A stretch of 48,511 bases of DNA from a virus (Duplodnaviria; Caudoviricetes): IMG/VR virus record IMGVR_UViG_3300020045_002845, positions 1-48,511 of that record, one strand, 5' to 3'. Of this stretch, positions 1-9,505 are shown piece by piece. Made by a program: the position numbers and the translations under genes. Within the stretch, counting starts at the first letter, position 1; each line of letters begins with the position of its first letter. A model generated the notes under the pieces. The model did not search any database, had not been told where the DNA came from, and was given only the letters and a program-made list of their open reading frames with translations.

Positions 1-121
1 TGGTAAGAATGTAGAAGTTACAAAGGTAAAAGAGAAGATCACCTTCTTCATGGAGAAGGGAGCAAAAACCATCAGCATTCAGAAACTAAAGGATGCTGTT
101 AAGAACATCAACCCATTCAAA
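1..121. repeat. Terminal direct repeat (circular assembly overlap), copy 1
   Basis: 1-121 identical to 48391-48511; an ORF reads through the junction. Confidence 0.95.
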
Positions 122-235
122 GGCCATCAAAAGTTAGTCCAGCGCTTGCGGGCAGATATTCTTCCTCAGCTTGAAGAAGATGGTTGGATTATCGTAAATG
201 GCAACGAAATTATTATTAATCCTAAGTTGAGGTAA
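1..235 (+). CDS. C-terminal end of the DUF3987-like protein
   Basis: In frame with the 47075 ORF through the overlap. Confidence 0.8.
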   Translation, partial: GKNVEVTKVKEKITFFMEKGAKTISIQKLKDAVKNINPFKGHQKLVQRLRADILPQLEEDGWIIVNGNEIIINPKLR

Positions 236-238
236 TCC

Positions 239-586
239 ATGAAAAGCTATAAGAAAAAAGAAGGATATGATCGAAACAGAGAAAAGGATATGCAGGTTTG
301 GTACGCATACACAGATTATTGGGGCAGGAGATTTGGCATAGATGCATGTGGAGATCAGTGTATGTTTGATAAATCAATATTCATGTCAAATGTTGAAAAC
401 ATTAGGCAGGTTGATGGTCTTATAGTTTTTGAAAGATTGGGAAAAACAACTGCTGTTGGAGTCGATATCATTGGAGGAAACCCACTTCATCAATTGCACT
501 ACGCAGGAAATGGTGACACTGAAAAGTGTGCGATACGAAGAGCATGGAAAAACTATCGAATACTTTGCGAAATGATAAATCAATAA
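239..586 (+). CDS. Hypothetical protein
   Basis: 115-aa ORF, GAGG RBS, ends at a terminator. Confidence 0.65.
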   Translation: MKSYKKKEGYDRNREKDMQVWYAYTDYWGRRFGIDACGDQCMFDKSIFMSNVENIRQVDGLIVFERLGKTTAVGVDIIGGNPLHQLHYAGNGDTEKCAIRRAWKNYRILCEMINQ

Positions 587-589
587 CAT

Positions 590-615
590 AAAGCCCCTCA
601 CGGGGCTTTCTTTTT
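590..615. terminator. Bidirectional intrinsic terminator
   Basis: AAAGCCCC-TCAC-GGGGCTTT-CTTTTT between convergent genes. Confidence 0.8.
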
Positions 616-1632
616 ACCTATCATCTTACTTGTCATTTCATCAAGCAAAGCGCCAGGGTCGAAGATTACTTTCTGGAACTGGCGACCTTCTTTAATCGAC
701 TTATTGCCCATTGGTAAGATTACCTTACAGCTTCTCTTCTCAGCTTCGCATAGTTCATCAAAATCATAGTTGCACGCCATGCGCAGACGGCCTTCAGCGC
801 ATTCAGAATAGAAGTAATAAGCTACCTTATCCAGGTTGCTCACTGTATAGCAACACCAGACCTGCGCTCCGGTAGCGTGGTGAACATGCCATGAATCAGC
901 CCAGTCAGCACACAGATAGATGGCCTTTTTGGTGTTTGCTCCGATAACGCTGACAGCTCCGAAAGCCATCTTGCCATTTGGGTGATGTTCATCTTTGCCG
1001 ACAGGAAATGACAGGCCGCCAGTTTTGTCGATCATGACCAGATTAACCGATATACCTTTTGGTTCCTTTCCTTCTGCGGGGAAATCATCAATCTTAATCA
1101 TCGGGACAACAATACGTGAGTCGACAACTTCCCGTTCGCCCTTACCGTTTACCTTATCCTTATTGAGCACCATAAGTGGCTCAGGGGCGATTCCTTGCTC
1201 AAGAGGATAGATATGGGTGGGGAAATCAATTGCTCGCGCCATGATGCGGCTGATGTCGCTTTCTGATGCTGTCGCGGAGTAGATGTTATCCGGTATCAGT
1301 TGCACGTTCTTTTTTGCAATGGCGACACGTTCAGGCGGTACTGCACCAATGAAATCACCGCAGGCGTTAACTGCGTCTGAGAATGACCAGCCTGTAAGTT
1401 TCTGTAGCCAGTAAATACCGCTGCCTGACCCGCACTGACTGCACAGCGCGCCGCCATCTCCTTTATCATAACGGTTATTATCAAATCTAAAGCGGTCCTT
1501 TCCTCCGCAAGATGGGCAGCCCTGATGTTTACCTGAGAAACATTTATTATTAATGTCGGTCATGGTAGATAGTGCGTCTTGCCACATGCCGAGCATTTTT
1601 GGTTCTATTTCATTCCACTGGTGGTTACTCAT
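598..1632 (-). CDS. DNA primase (P4 alpha-type zinc-binding domain + TOPRIM-like), T1-like
   Basis: CPSCGGKDRFRFD...CSQCG zinc motif; likely start MSNHQW at 1632. Confidence 0.8.
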   Translation of the reverse strand: MSNHQWNEIEPKMLGMWQDALSTMTDINNKCFSGKHQGCPSCGGKDRFRFDNNRYDKGDGGALCSQCGSGSGIYWLQKLTGWSFSDAVNACGDFIGAVPPERVAIAKKNVQLIPDNIYSATASESDISRIMARAIDFPTHIYPLEQGIAPEPLMVLNKDKVNGKGEREVVDSRIVVPMIKIDDFPAEGKEPKGISVNLVMIDKTGGLSFPVGKDEHHPNGKMAFGAVSVIGANTKKAIYLCADWADSWHVHHATGAQVWCCYTVSNLDKVAYYFYSECAEGRLRMACNYDFDELCEAEKRSCKVILPMGNKSIKEGRQFQKVIFDPGALLDEMTSKMIGKKKAP

Positions 1633-1825
1633 GCTTGCGTTTCCATGAAGTATGTTGAATCGTCTTAAGACACGCATTAGCAATATCGATAGAGCTTTGC
1701 AGATGCAAGTCCATCAGGCGATTCATGCTGATTGCCAGCGGACCGGTGTAATTATTATTTTGCAGCCGGATATAGTTGCAAATGGCTTCAGAGTCGCCAA
1801 GGTCAATGCGAAATGTGGTTGTCAT
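1625..1825 (-). CDS. Hypothetical protein
   Basis: 66 aa, overlaps both neighbours as in a coupled operon. Confidence 0.6.
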   Translation of the reverse strand: MTTTFRIDLGDSEAICNYIRLQNNNYTGPLAISMNRLMDLHLQSSIDIANACLKTIQHTSWKRKHE

Positions 1826-2100
1826 GATTGCTCTCCCCAGTAACGTACGTCTGGACGAAGCTTTTCTTTCGTGAAACCTTTCTTAGCGACCAGTGGGTTA
1901 TTACAGATGTTGACAGCCTCTGACGCAGATACGCGGCCACGAACTTTCCAGCTATTCAACGTGTAGTAGTTGATGCCAAGCAGTTGGCTTGTAGCGCGCA
2001 TGCCGCCCATAGAGACAATGAGCTTGTTTAATTCTGAACTCATCTGGCTGAGTTCTTTGTCGGTTGGCTTAGTGTGTGGTCGCGTATCTTTATGTGCCAT
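1822..2100 (-). CDS. HTH transcriptional regulator (T1-like, between primase and helicase)
   Basis: GGMRATSQLLGINYYTLNSWKVRGRVS HTH; LRPDV end; RBS GAGGG before ATG 2100. Confidence 0.7.
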   Translation of the reverse strand: MAHKDTRPHTKPTDKELSQMSSELNKLIVSMGGMRATSQLLGINYYTLNSWKVRGRVSASEAVNICNNPLVAKKGFTKEKLRPDVRYWGEQS

Positions 2101-2163
2101 AAAACCCTCATTGTGTTGTTCGTTATTTAGTGCATAATATACTCTTGACGCAAGCAAGTAAAG

Positions 2164-2194
2164 CGTTGACAATGAAACGCAACTGGATTACATT
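2164..2194 (+). promoter_or_regulatory. Sigma70 promoter with CGTT-N8-AACG palindrome over the -35
   Basis: TTGACA-17-TACATT. Confidence 0.7.
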
Positions 2195-2210
2195 TAGAGG
2201 ATTGAAGATT

Positions 2211-2366
2211 ATGGCTATCACTGAAAAAAAGTGTGAGGTTTGCGGTGAAAAATTCTATGGGACAAAGCGCGCCATCTACTGCTCAAGCAAGTGCAGAGTT
2301 AAAAAATTCAGGAAAGAAAAAAAAGTTTCGCGAGATAGATGTGGAATTGATGAGAAAACACTTTAG
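2211..2366 (+). CDS. Small C4 zinc-finger protein
   Basis: MAITEKKCEVCGEKFYGTKRAIYCSSKCR; GAGGA RBS; paralog at 5154. Confidence 0.7.
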   Translation: MAITEKKCEVCGEKFYGTKRAIYCSSKCRVKKFRKEKKVSRDRCGIDEKTL

Positions 2367-2853
2367 CTACAACTCTGAAACTGGAAGGATAACCCATAAA
2401 CCAAGGGATCTTGATAGGCCTTTAAATTCACGCTTTAACAATAAGTTTGCAGGAACTTTTGCGGATGACTACACAAGACCAACTGGATACAGGATAATCG
2501 GTTTGTTTCACAATTACACATCTGCACACAGGGTTGCATGGGCAATTTACTATGGTAAATGCCCTGGTAATTTTGAAATAGACCATATCAATCGAGACAA
2601 AAGTGATAACAGAATATGCAATTTAAGGTTAGCTACTAGGTCTCAAAATTCTATGAACGTACCGGCACAAAAAAATAACTCATCAAAACTTAAGGGCGCG
2701 CACTGGAACTCAAGAACTGGAAAGTACAGGTCAAAGATAATGCTTAATGGTAAGGAGCATTTTTTGGGTTACTTCACAACTGCGGAGGAGGCTTCTGCTG
2801 CATATGCAGAGGCATCTAAAAAATTACATGGTGAATTTGGTAGGGTTAAATGA
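2233..2853 (+). CDS. HNH homing endonuclease with AP2-like domain (true start uncertain, about 2341-2350)
   Basis: AHRVAW, IDHINRDKSDNRICNLR, LGYFTTAEEA. Confidence 0.85.
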   Translation: MRFAVKNSMGQSAPSTAQASAELKNSGKKKKFREIDVELMRKHFSYNSETGRITHKPRDLDRPLNSRFNNKFAGTFADDYTRPTGYRIIGLFHNYTSAHRVAWAIYYGKCPGNFEIDHINRDKSDNRICNLRLATRSQNSMNVPAQKNNSSKLKGAHWNSRTGKYRSKIMLNGKEHFLGYFTTAEEASAAYAEASKKLHGEFGRVK

Positions 2854-4724
2854 AACCAGAAATTGAGCGTCAGATAGCAGAAACAAATATCGAAGAAGTC
2901 ATGTCATTAATACCTGCTGATTGTGAGATTAAGCCATACCCTTATCAGTGCGCAGTTTACAGGATTACTGGTGAGGCCATCAGGAAATATGACGGGCCAT
3001 TTTATATTAACGCCAGTGTATCAGCAGGGAAAAGCTTGATGATTTCTATGATCACCTTGAGGTTTCAGCAGCTAAACATGAAAGGTATGGTTCTTTCTCG
3101 CCAGGCTGAAATTATTGTTCAGGATGCTGACCAGATGTGGGAAGTTGGTGTGAGAAACTCAATTTATAGTGCATCAGCTGGTATGAAAAGCACAGCATAC
3201 CCAATTATCTGTGGTACGGAAGGTACAATAGCTAACGCCATGAATACATCTTTGGCTGATTTTGTTCCTGATTTCATCATAATAGATGAAGCGCATATGT
3301 TATCTACTGAAGATATTGTCAGCGACTTGCCATCTACGCAATATTCAACAATTATTTTAGAAATGCAGCGCAGATGTAAATCAAAAAACAATAGAGATAT
3401 CAGAGTGATAGGTTATACAGGGAGCGCCTTTCGTGGAACAACCCCAATTCTTGGTGATTTCTGGAAAAAGCAAATATGTGATATCTCGACTGATTATCTT
3501 GTTGGCCTTGGGTTTATTGTGCCTACTATTTTTGGGTTCCCAGCAAGAGACTCAATGTATGATCTTCATGATTTCCAATCAAGCGCGACCGATGGCGTTG
3601 CAGATTTCAGTGCCGACGAGCTGCGCAAGATGCAGGATGAAATATTGAAGCAAGGGACAAAAACTCAAAAGATAATGCTTGAGGTAATGGAGATAGCGAA
3701 AAGTCGCAATGGTGTAATGATTACATGCTCAGGCGTTAAACATTGCCACGAAGCGGCTAAGTACCTTCCTGAAGGAAGCTATGCCATCATCACCGAATCA
3801 ACTGGCGCGAAAAAGCGCAAACAGATTCTCGATGATGCTTATCACGGACGTGTTAAATACCTTTTGCAGGTAGGGTGCCTGGTGACTGGCATTAATCTAC
3901 CATTAATTGATACAAGCGTAATATTGCGAAAAATAATGTCACTGACCCTGCTTGTTCAGCTCCTAGGCCGCGGAATGCGCAAACTGAAGAAAGAGCACAT
4001 TGCCGCTGGATTCGTTAAAGATGACCACTTGACGATGGACTACACAGACACAATGTCAGAACTTGGCGAGCTTTATTCAAACCCTATTCTGGAGGCGGCG
4101 CAGCTCGCCAAGGCGAAGGAGAAGAAAGACACCAAGCCATGTCCACATTGCGGCACTGAAAACGCAGCCACGGCTCGTCGTTGCATTGGAGAGGATGAAT
4201 CAAGCGACGATGGACGTTGTGAGCATTTCTTTAAATCAAAGGAATGTGAGGACCGGGTTATTGATGGTGCGGGACAGATAACTGGGTGTCATGCTCAGAA
4301 TGACCCATGCGCGCGGCAGTGTAGGAAATGCGGTCAGCAAATCCATGACCCGAACGCCAATCTGTCTAACCGTCCATATACCGATAATGATTATGTTGAT
4401 GTCCACAACTTCAACGTGCGCATGACCAGTAACGGTGAAGGCGTGCTTTACGAGTACGGCATTCATCTGGACGGAAAGCCATATGTTGCGCGCGAGGTCT
4501 TTTGGCCTGCCGGAGATAATCCAGGCACAAAGAACGCATGGAAGATGAAGGGTATATTCCCGCACGTCAAAGACCCGAAAGCGAAGAGTCAATTGCTCAA
4601 GTGTAGAAATGCCGCATCGGTGATGGCTGTGAAACACACTATCGAATCACCTAAGCGCATTACTCACCGCCTGAACGATAAAAACAGAGACATCATTAAC
4701 CGGAAACAATTTGATGACCAGTGA
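2850..4724 (+). CDS. SF2 DEAH-box DNA helicase with C-terminal zinc ribbons
   Basis: SVSAGKS, IIIDEAH, TGS, QLLGRGMR. Confidence 0.9.
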   Translation: MKPEIERQIAETNIEEVMSLIPADCEIKPYPYQCAVYRITGEAIRKYDGPFYINASVSAGKSLMISMITLRFQQLNMKGMVLSRQAEIIVQDADQMWEVGVRNSIYSASAGMKSTAYPIICGTEGTIANAMNTSLADFVPDFIIIDEAHMLSTEDIVSDLPSTQYSTIILEMQRRCKSKNNRDIRVIGYTGSAFRGTTPILGDFWKKQICDISTDYLVGLGFIVPTIFGFPARDSMYDLHDFQSSATDGVADFSADELRKMQDEILKQGTKTQKIMLEVMEIAKSRNGVMITCSGVKHCHEAAKYLPEGSYAIITESTGAKKRKQILDDAYHGRVKYLLQVGCLVTGINLPLIDTSVILRKIMSLTLLVQLLGRGMRKLKKEHIAAGFVKDDHLTMDYTDTMSELGELYSNPILEAAQLAKAKEKKDTKPCPHCGTENAATARRCIGEDESSDDGRCEHFFKSKECEDRVIDGAGQITGCHAQNDPCARQCRKCGQQIHDPNANLSNRPYTDNDYVDVHNFNVRMTSNGEGVLYEYGIHLDGKPYVAREVFWPAGDNPGTKNAWKMKGIFPHVKDPKAKSQLLKCRNAASVMAVKHTIESPKRITHRLNDKNRDIINRKQFDDQ

Positions 4725-5118
4725 TAAATATTTGGTGTTTGATAGTGGCTATCGCGGATGGTGCAATCTTGAAGCAACAGAGCAGAAAGCATTGGCTGCA
4801 TGGATTAATTATAAATTCCCTGACGTTAATTGGTTCCACGTTGCCAACGAAGGTAAAAGGCTTGGAGCAGGTAAAGAATTAAAAGAAATGGGAATGAAGA
4901 AGGGGGTTAGTGATGTAGTGATACTCACTAGCGGGGAGTGCTATAAATTTGGAGTAATTGAGCTAAAAAGGAAGGATAGAACAAAGTCAAGACTGCAACA
5001 TGAGCAGTCTGAATTTATGACTAAAGTCATCAGGGATGGTGGGTTTGCCGCTGTAGCTTATGGTCTAGATGAGGCAAAGAAAGCATTCATTTTTTACATG
5101 ACGGGCGTTGACAGTTAA
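4711..5118 (+). CDS. VRR-NUC domain nuclease
   Basis: FHVANEG, GMKKGVSD, IELK. Confidence 0.85.
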   Translation: MMTSDKYLVFDSGYRGWCNLEATEQKALAAWINYKFPDVNWFHVANEGKRLGAGKELKEMGMKKGVSDVVILTSGECYKFGVIELKRKDRTKSRLQHEQSEFMTKVIRDGGFAAVAYGLDEAKKAFIFYMTGVDS

Positions 5119-5136
5119 ACGATACTGCGTTAATAT
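5106..5136 (+). promoter_or_regulatory. Sigma70 promoter with CGTT-N8-AACG palindrome
   Basis: TTGACA-17-TAATAT; alignable with 2164-2194. Confidence 0.7.
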
Positions 5137-5153
5137 TGGTTATCGGAGGCGAT

Positions 5154-5291
5154 ATGGCAATTAAAGAAATGCTGTGCTCTTTTTGTGGTAAAAAATTCGT
5201 AGGAACAAGCAGAGCCAAGTTTTGCAGCTCTAAATGCAGGGTAAACAGTTTCAACATGAAAAAGAGAGGAAAGATTGATTACTCAAAATGA
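5154..5291 (+). CDS. Small C4 zinc-finger protein (45 aa, absent from ORF track)
   Basis: MAIKEMLCSFCGKKFVGTSRAKFCSSKCRVNSFNMKKRGKIDYSK; GGAGG RBS. Confidence 0.7.
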   Translation: MAIKEMLCSFCGKKFVGTSRAKFCSSKCRVNSFNMKKRGKIDYSK

Positions 5292-5763
5292 GCTTCATGA
5301 GGTACTTTCTTATGATAAAGAAACCGGTTTATTTATGTGGAAGAAAAAGAAACGTGGCAGGCAGACTTCAAAGCCTGTTGGGTCAAGCAATGATAAAGGA
5401 TATTTGAAAATATGTATAAATGGTTATAGATATTATAACCATAGGTTAGCTTGGTTTTATGTGCATGGTGAATGGCCTACATCATTTATTGACCATATAA
5501 ACATGAATACACAAGATAATAGAATATCAAACTTAAGAGAGGCTTCACCATCTGAGAATCTCATGAATAGAAGTGTAAACAAGAATAACTCATGTGGTGT
5601 AAAAGGTGTCAACTGGAATCCGTTCCATAATAAATATGAAGCAAAGATTATGTCAAAAGGAAAGTTACATAGATTAGGTTTTTTTAATGAAATAACTGAT
5701 GCAGAAAATGCAGTTAGAGAACTAAGAGAGTCTCTTCACGGAAAATTCACAAATCACGGTTAA
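5275..5763 (+). CDS. HNH homing endonuclease with AP2-like domain
   Basis: HRLAW, IDHINMNTQDNRISNLRE; TTG start after GAGG. Confidence 0.85.
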   Translation: MITQNELHEVLSYDKETGLFMWKKKKRGRQTSKPVGSSNDKGYLKICINGYRYYNHRLAWFYVHGEWPTSFIDHINMNTQDNRISNLREASPSENLMNRSVNKNNSCGVKGVNWNPFHNKYEAKIMSKGKLHRLGFFNEITDAENAVRELRESLHGKFTNHG

Positions 5764-5776
5764 CTAGGAGCGCAGA

Positions 5777-6712
5777 ATGACCTTCAAGTCCTACCTACAA
5801 AACGAACTGCCACCTGAATTTATCTCCGGCGATAAAGGCATCGGCTGGTTTGACCTGCACAAGATTTATTCCACCTGCCCAGCGCGTTATAAGTTTGAAG
5901 AGCGTGAGAATAAAAGCGTGACCGCCATTGCTGAACATGCAGCAATACTGAATCCGGCAGAGTTCGAGCGCCGCTTTGTTCGCGAACCAGCAAAAGAAGA
6001 TTACATTGATGCGCTGAACAGCGACAAAGACATTTGCACATGGCTGAAAGATAAAGGAGTCGGCGGTTACTCAGGCAAGAAGTATCCAGAGCTTCTGGAG
6101 CTGGTAAAACAGACGGGGGATAAGCCGTTAATCTGGAATGAATTCCTTGCTGATTTTTATGGGTCAATCGGAAATAAGTCAGCGGTTCCTGCATCCACTT
6201 TTGATAAGATTTTGCAGATGCGCGCCGTGATTTTTGGAAACAAAAAGTTTGCAGAAAAGGTTTCTGATTCATTCAATGATGTGACCCTGATTGGTGAATT
6301 CAACGGCGTGCTGATGCATCTCCGCTATGACGTGATTTCACCTAATGGTGACATTATTGATTATGTCGGCTGTACCAGCGCAGACCCTGACGAGTTCAAG
6401 AGTCAGGCAATTCGTGGTGGTTACTACATGAAGCAGGCATTACTGCATGATGCCTTTGTGCAAGCGTATGGGCACAGGCCTGCAAGTCAGTCAATCCTGG
6501 CTCAGGAGCGTAATTTCCCGAACATTCCGGTTAATTTTAATATTACCGATGTTTTCCTGGATATTGGCCGTATTCAGTACAAAGCAGCAATCAACCTGTT
6601 TAAGCAGTGCTCAGAAAAAGATGTCTGGCCTACTTACACACTCAACGATGACGCGACTGATTTAGAAGTGCCATCATGGTATTCAAAACGTTTTGGTCTG
6701 GAGGTTAAATGA
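5777..6712 (+). CDS. RecE/exonuclease VIII-like PD-(D/E)XK-fold protein (catalytic motif looks altered)
   Basis: Position before ERF; CPARYK, RYD...IIDY, GYYMKQAL. Confidence 0.75.
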   Translation: MTFKSYLQNELPPEFISGDKGIGWFDLHKIYSTCPARYKFEERENKSVTAIAEHAAILNPAEFERRFVREPAKEDYIDALNSDKDICTWLKDKGVGGYSGKKYPELLELVKQTGDKPLIWNEFLADFYGSIGNKSAVPASTFDKILQMRAVIFGNKKFAEKVSDSFNDVTLIGEFNGVLMHLRYDVISPNGDIIDYVGCTSADPDEFKSQAIRGGYYMKQALLHDAFVQAYGHRPASQSILAQERNFPNIPVNFNITDVFLDIGRIQYKAAINLFKQCSEKDVWPTYTLNDDATDLEVPSWYSKRFGLEVK

Positions 6713-7368
6713 ATCGCTCGGAATCATTCTCAAGAATCAGCGCAGCTCTGGTGAAGGCACAACACCTAATTGGTGGCGCTCAAAAAAATGCGGTTAACCC
6801 GCATCTTAAAAATAAATATGCCAATTTGGAATCAGTTTGGTATGCGGTATCACCAGCTCTGGAGTCAAACAGGCTGGCTGTTATCCAAAGTCCACAGCCA
6901 TCAGAAGATGGAAAGCTTCATCTCGAAACAATGATTATCCATGAGTCCGGAGAATTCATCAGTGGCACGCTCGTCATGCCGTTGCCAAAGCAGGACCCGC
7001 AAGGATATGGCTCGGCGCTCACATACGCACGCCGCTACCATTTAAGCTCAATGCTTGGGGTTATTCAGGACGATGACGATGCATCATCTGCGTCAAAGGG
7101 TAGCGCAGCATTAGCGGCGGATGAAATCATGTCTTGCGATAGCATGGATAAGCTGCAATCTACCTTTAAAGAGTGCTATGCTAAGTTCAAGGATGACCCA
7201 GCATCAATTAGGGTAATTACTGACGCAAAAGACAAGCGCAAAGGCCAGCTTGGGCTAGGAGAGTCTGCGGCATTTAATCCGGCAAAAATAGCAAAGAGCG
7301 AACCAGCTAAAACAGAGGAAGCGCCAAAACAAAACGATGCACCATCACAACCTATCGAAGATTTCTAA
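6709..7368 (+). CDS. erf: ERF-family single-strand annealing protein
   Basis: NPHLKNKYA, QGYGSALTYARRY, DDDA. Confidence 0.9.
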   Translation: MNRSESFSRISAALVKAQHLIGGAQKNAVNPHLKNKYANLESVWYAVSPALESNRLAVIQSPQPSEDGKLHLETMIIHESGEFISGTLVMPLPKQDPQGYGSALTYARRYHLSSMLGVIQDDDDASSASKGSAALAADEIMSCDSMDKLQSTFKECYAKFKDDPASIRVITDAKDKRKGQLGLGESAAFNPAKIAKSEPAKTEEAPKQNDAPSQPIEDF

Positions 7369-7405
7369 TCAACTACTGGCGGCATAGACCGCCAATGAGG
7401 TTTTA

Positions 7406-7897
7406 ATGCCACATACTATTACCGGAGAAATCCGCAAAGAAGTTTACACTAAAGAAGGTTCGGGAAATAAGGGGCCGTGGAAAATGTATGCGGTCGAGCT
7501 TTCTGAGTCTTATAAAGACAAAGATGGTGCGCGCCAGTACACTAACTATCGGGCTACTTTTTTTGCCAGTGAAGCACAGAAGAATTGGTACGACCATGCT
7601 TTTGTGCAGGGGAAGGTTATCAGCGCAACATGCGAACAACTTTCAGTCCAGCAGCGTGAACATAACGGCACTAATTATATTACGCTTGAACTTATTCAGC
7701 CTCGCTTAGTATTCTCACAGCGCGAGCCAGCACAAGGACAACAGTCAGGAGAGAAAAGTGGGTGGGGTGCCCCTCAGCAACCACAAGGTAGCAACCAGTT
7801 CAGCGGCGGCCAGAAATCTCGTCCGGCAGCGCAAAGCAACGCTCAATCGCAGGGTAACGAGCCTCCCATGGATTTTGACGACGATATTCCGTTCTGA
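7406..7897 (+). CDS. ssb: Single-stranded DNA-binding protein
   Basis: T1-like OB fold, acidic tail MDFDDDIPF. Confidence 0.9.
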   Translation: MPHTITGEIRKEVYTKEGSGNKGPWKMYAVELSESYKDKDGARQYTNYRATFFASEAQKNWYDHAFVQGKVISATCEQLSVQQREHNGTNYITLELIQPRLVFSQREPAQGQQSGEKSGWGAPQQPQGSNQFSGGQKSRPAAQSNAQSQGNEPPMDFDDDIPF

Positions 7898-7905
7898 TAC
7901 CCAAT

Positions 7906-7933
7906 AAAAAGCCCCTTTCGGGGCTTTATTTTT
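7906..7933. terminator. Bidirectional intrinsic terminator
   Basis: AAAAAGCCCC-TTTC-GGGGCTTTATTTTT. Confidence 0.85.
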
Positions 7934-8081
7934 ATTGCTGCGTACCTGCGGTTTCATATGCAGTAATTTTTTTCTGCAAATCAACAATAACCAACTGCAA
8001 CTCATCAATCTTTGCTTGTAGCGTAGCGTTAGTGATAATGATTGAGCCGATTTGCTGATTCAGATATTCATTAGCTGTCAT
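7932..8081 (-). CDS. 49-aa coiled-coil protein, possible fibre chaperone
   Basis: MTANEYLNQQIGSIIITNATLQAKIDELQ... directly after the fibre gene. Confidence 0.55.
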   Translation of the reverse strand: MTANEYLNQQIGSIIITNATLQAKIDELQLVIVDLQKKITAYETAGTQQ

Positions 8082-8093
8082 TATAAATCTCTT

Positions 8094-9494
8094 TTATTGG
8101 TAAAATGGAATAAGTCTAAATGTACCATTAATTTTAACGGAAAGATATCCAACAGGAACACTAGGTAGTGCTGTAGCAGCACCAGCTGTAGCGGTTGTAG
8201 TGATAACGCTATCGGCAAAATTTATTCTACCGGATCCTTTTGGTGTCAATGTTAAATCAATGTTTGTGCTAGAACCTAATGCATTTAAAAAAACATTAGC
8301 AGTAGATGCTGCATCACCACCAACAACCTGAATCCCATTTGCGTTTGTTGACCCCATAGCAATAGAGAATATGGTTTGTGCACTTGAGTTTCTAAAAAGC
8401 GTTCCAACATCAGAAAAAATTAAACCTTGTGATGCTGCTGCGTTACTCACATCAAATGAAATGTAAGAACCGGTGTTGCCACCAGTAAATAACTGGCGAA
8501 TGTTATGTCCTTTAGCTAGCTCAATAGCCACACCTGAACCAGTAACGCCATCTGTTCCATTAACGCTTGTTGCATGGAAAACAATGCCCTTATCAAATGA
8601 TGCGCCATTGTTAACTATTGCCATGGCACATGATGCAGCGTTAGCAGACACCTCACCGCCAGATGCGGCCCATAACCCAGGGGTTAGTCCAGCTGGAAAC
8701 ATAGCATAAGGCTGTACTGTGGCTACAGTTCCCATGTTAACGATATCAAACTCAATACAATGGGTATTACCAGCACCAGCTAATCGTCTTGATTCAAAAT
8801 AACCAGCATAAGTAGTTTGGACTGCGGTAGTATTATTATTGTATGACCAACCCTGCAAGCCAATACAGCCCATTCCATCTACTATACTTGAGTCTGATGA
8901 CCTTGACCCACCAAGAACAGCAGTCTGTCCGATAGTAGAAAGCGCTGCAATTTGTGAGTTGTTGGTAGTTGATGCCCGAAGTGTCTCTAGCCAGTCTTTA
9001 GTGGTATTTGTTAATTTCCCATCATTTGTGCAAGCGTCACCAATAAAAACTCGGTCCCTAAACCCCCAAATATTGGCACCGGCATTGATGTCACGCCAAA
9101 AACCTTTTGCAGCTATTGGAGTTAATGATGATGGATGCTGCAATCCATATCCTGACATTAATGACGTGATGATATTGCTATCTGCAATAATCCACCCTGT
9201 AGATGAGATGCCACCGCTTGACGCTGGTGTGGAGTTTGCAGCTACTACTTTTGGTAGTGTCCCACCCCATTTATAAGCAATTCCCGCTGCATCATAAATT
9301 AACGCTTGCGAGGTAGAAGATATTGTTCCTCCATCCTCAAATGACCCCGGCGCTAAAGATAAGTTAATCGCCGATAGAGATCGCTCCCATAGCGATCGGA
9401 TATTTGTTGGCGCTATAATTAGAGAGTCAATATCAGTCTGAGCGGTTCCTGCTAAGTTACTGATATTATCTACTTTTATAATTCCTGTGCCCAT
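8094..9494 (-). CDS. Tail fibre / receptor-binding protein
   Basis: Tailspike N-terminal module SFEDGGTI...YKWGGTLPKVV, Gly/Ser/Thr-rich body. Confidence 0.8.
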   Translation of the reverse strand: MGTGIIKVDNISNLAGTAQTDIDSLIIAPTNIRSLWERSLSAINLSLAPGSFEDGGTISSTSQALIYDAAGIAYKWGGTLPKVVAANSTPASSGGISSTGWIIADSNIITSLMSGYGLQHPSSLTPIAAKGFWRDINAGANIWGFRDRVFIGDACTNDGKLTNTTKDWLETLRASTTNNSQIAALSTIGQTAVLGGSRSSDSSIVDGMGCIGLQGWSYNNNTTAVQTTYAGYFESRRLAGAGNTHCIEFDIVNMGTVATVQPYAMFPAGLTPGLWAASGGEVSANAASCAMAIVNNGASFDKGIVFHATSVNGTDGVTGSGVAIELAKGHNIRQLFTGGNTGSYISFDVSNAAASQGLIFSDVGTLFRNSSAQTIFSIAMGSTNANGIQVVGGDAASTANVFLNALGSSTNIDLTLTPKGSGRINFADSVITTTATAGAATALPSVPVGYLSVKINGTFRLIPFYQ

Positions 9495-9505
9495 CAGTTA
9501 AATCC

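Noticed and set aside
1-121. Biological terminal repeat
   Set aside because: Falls mid-gene, k-mer-like length; best explained as assembler overlap
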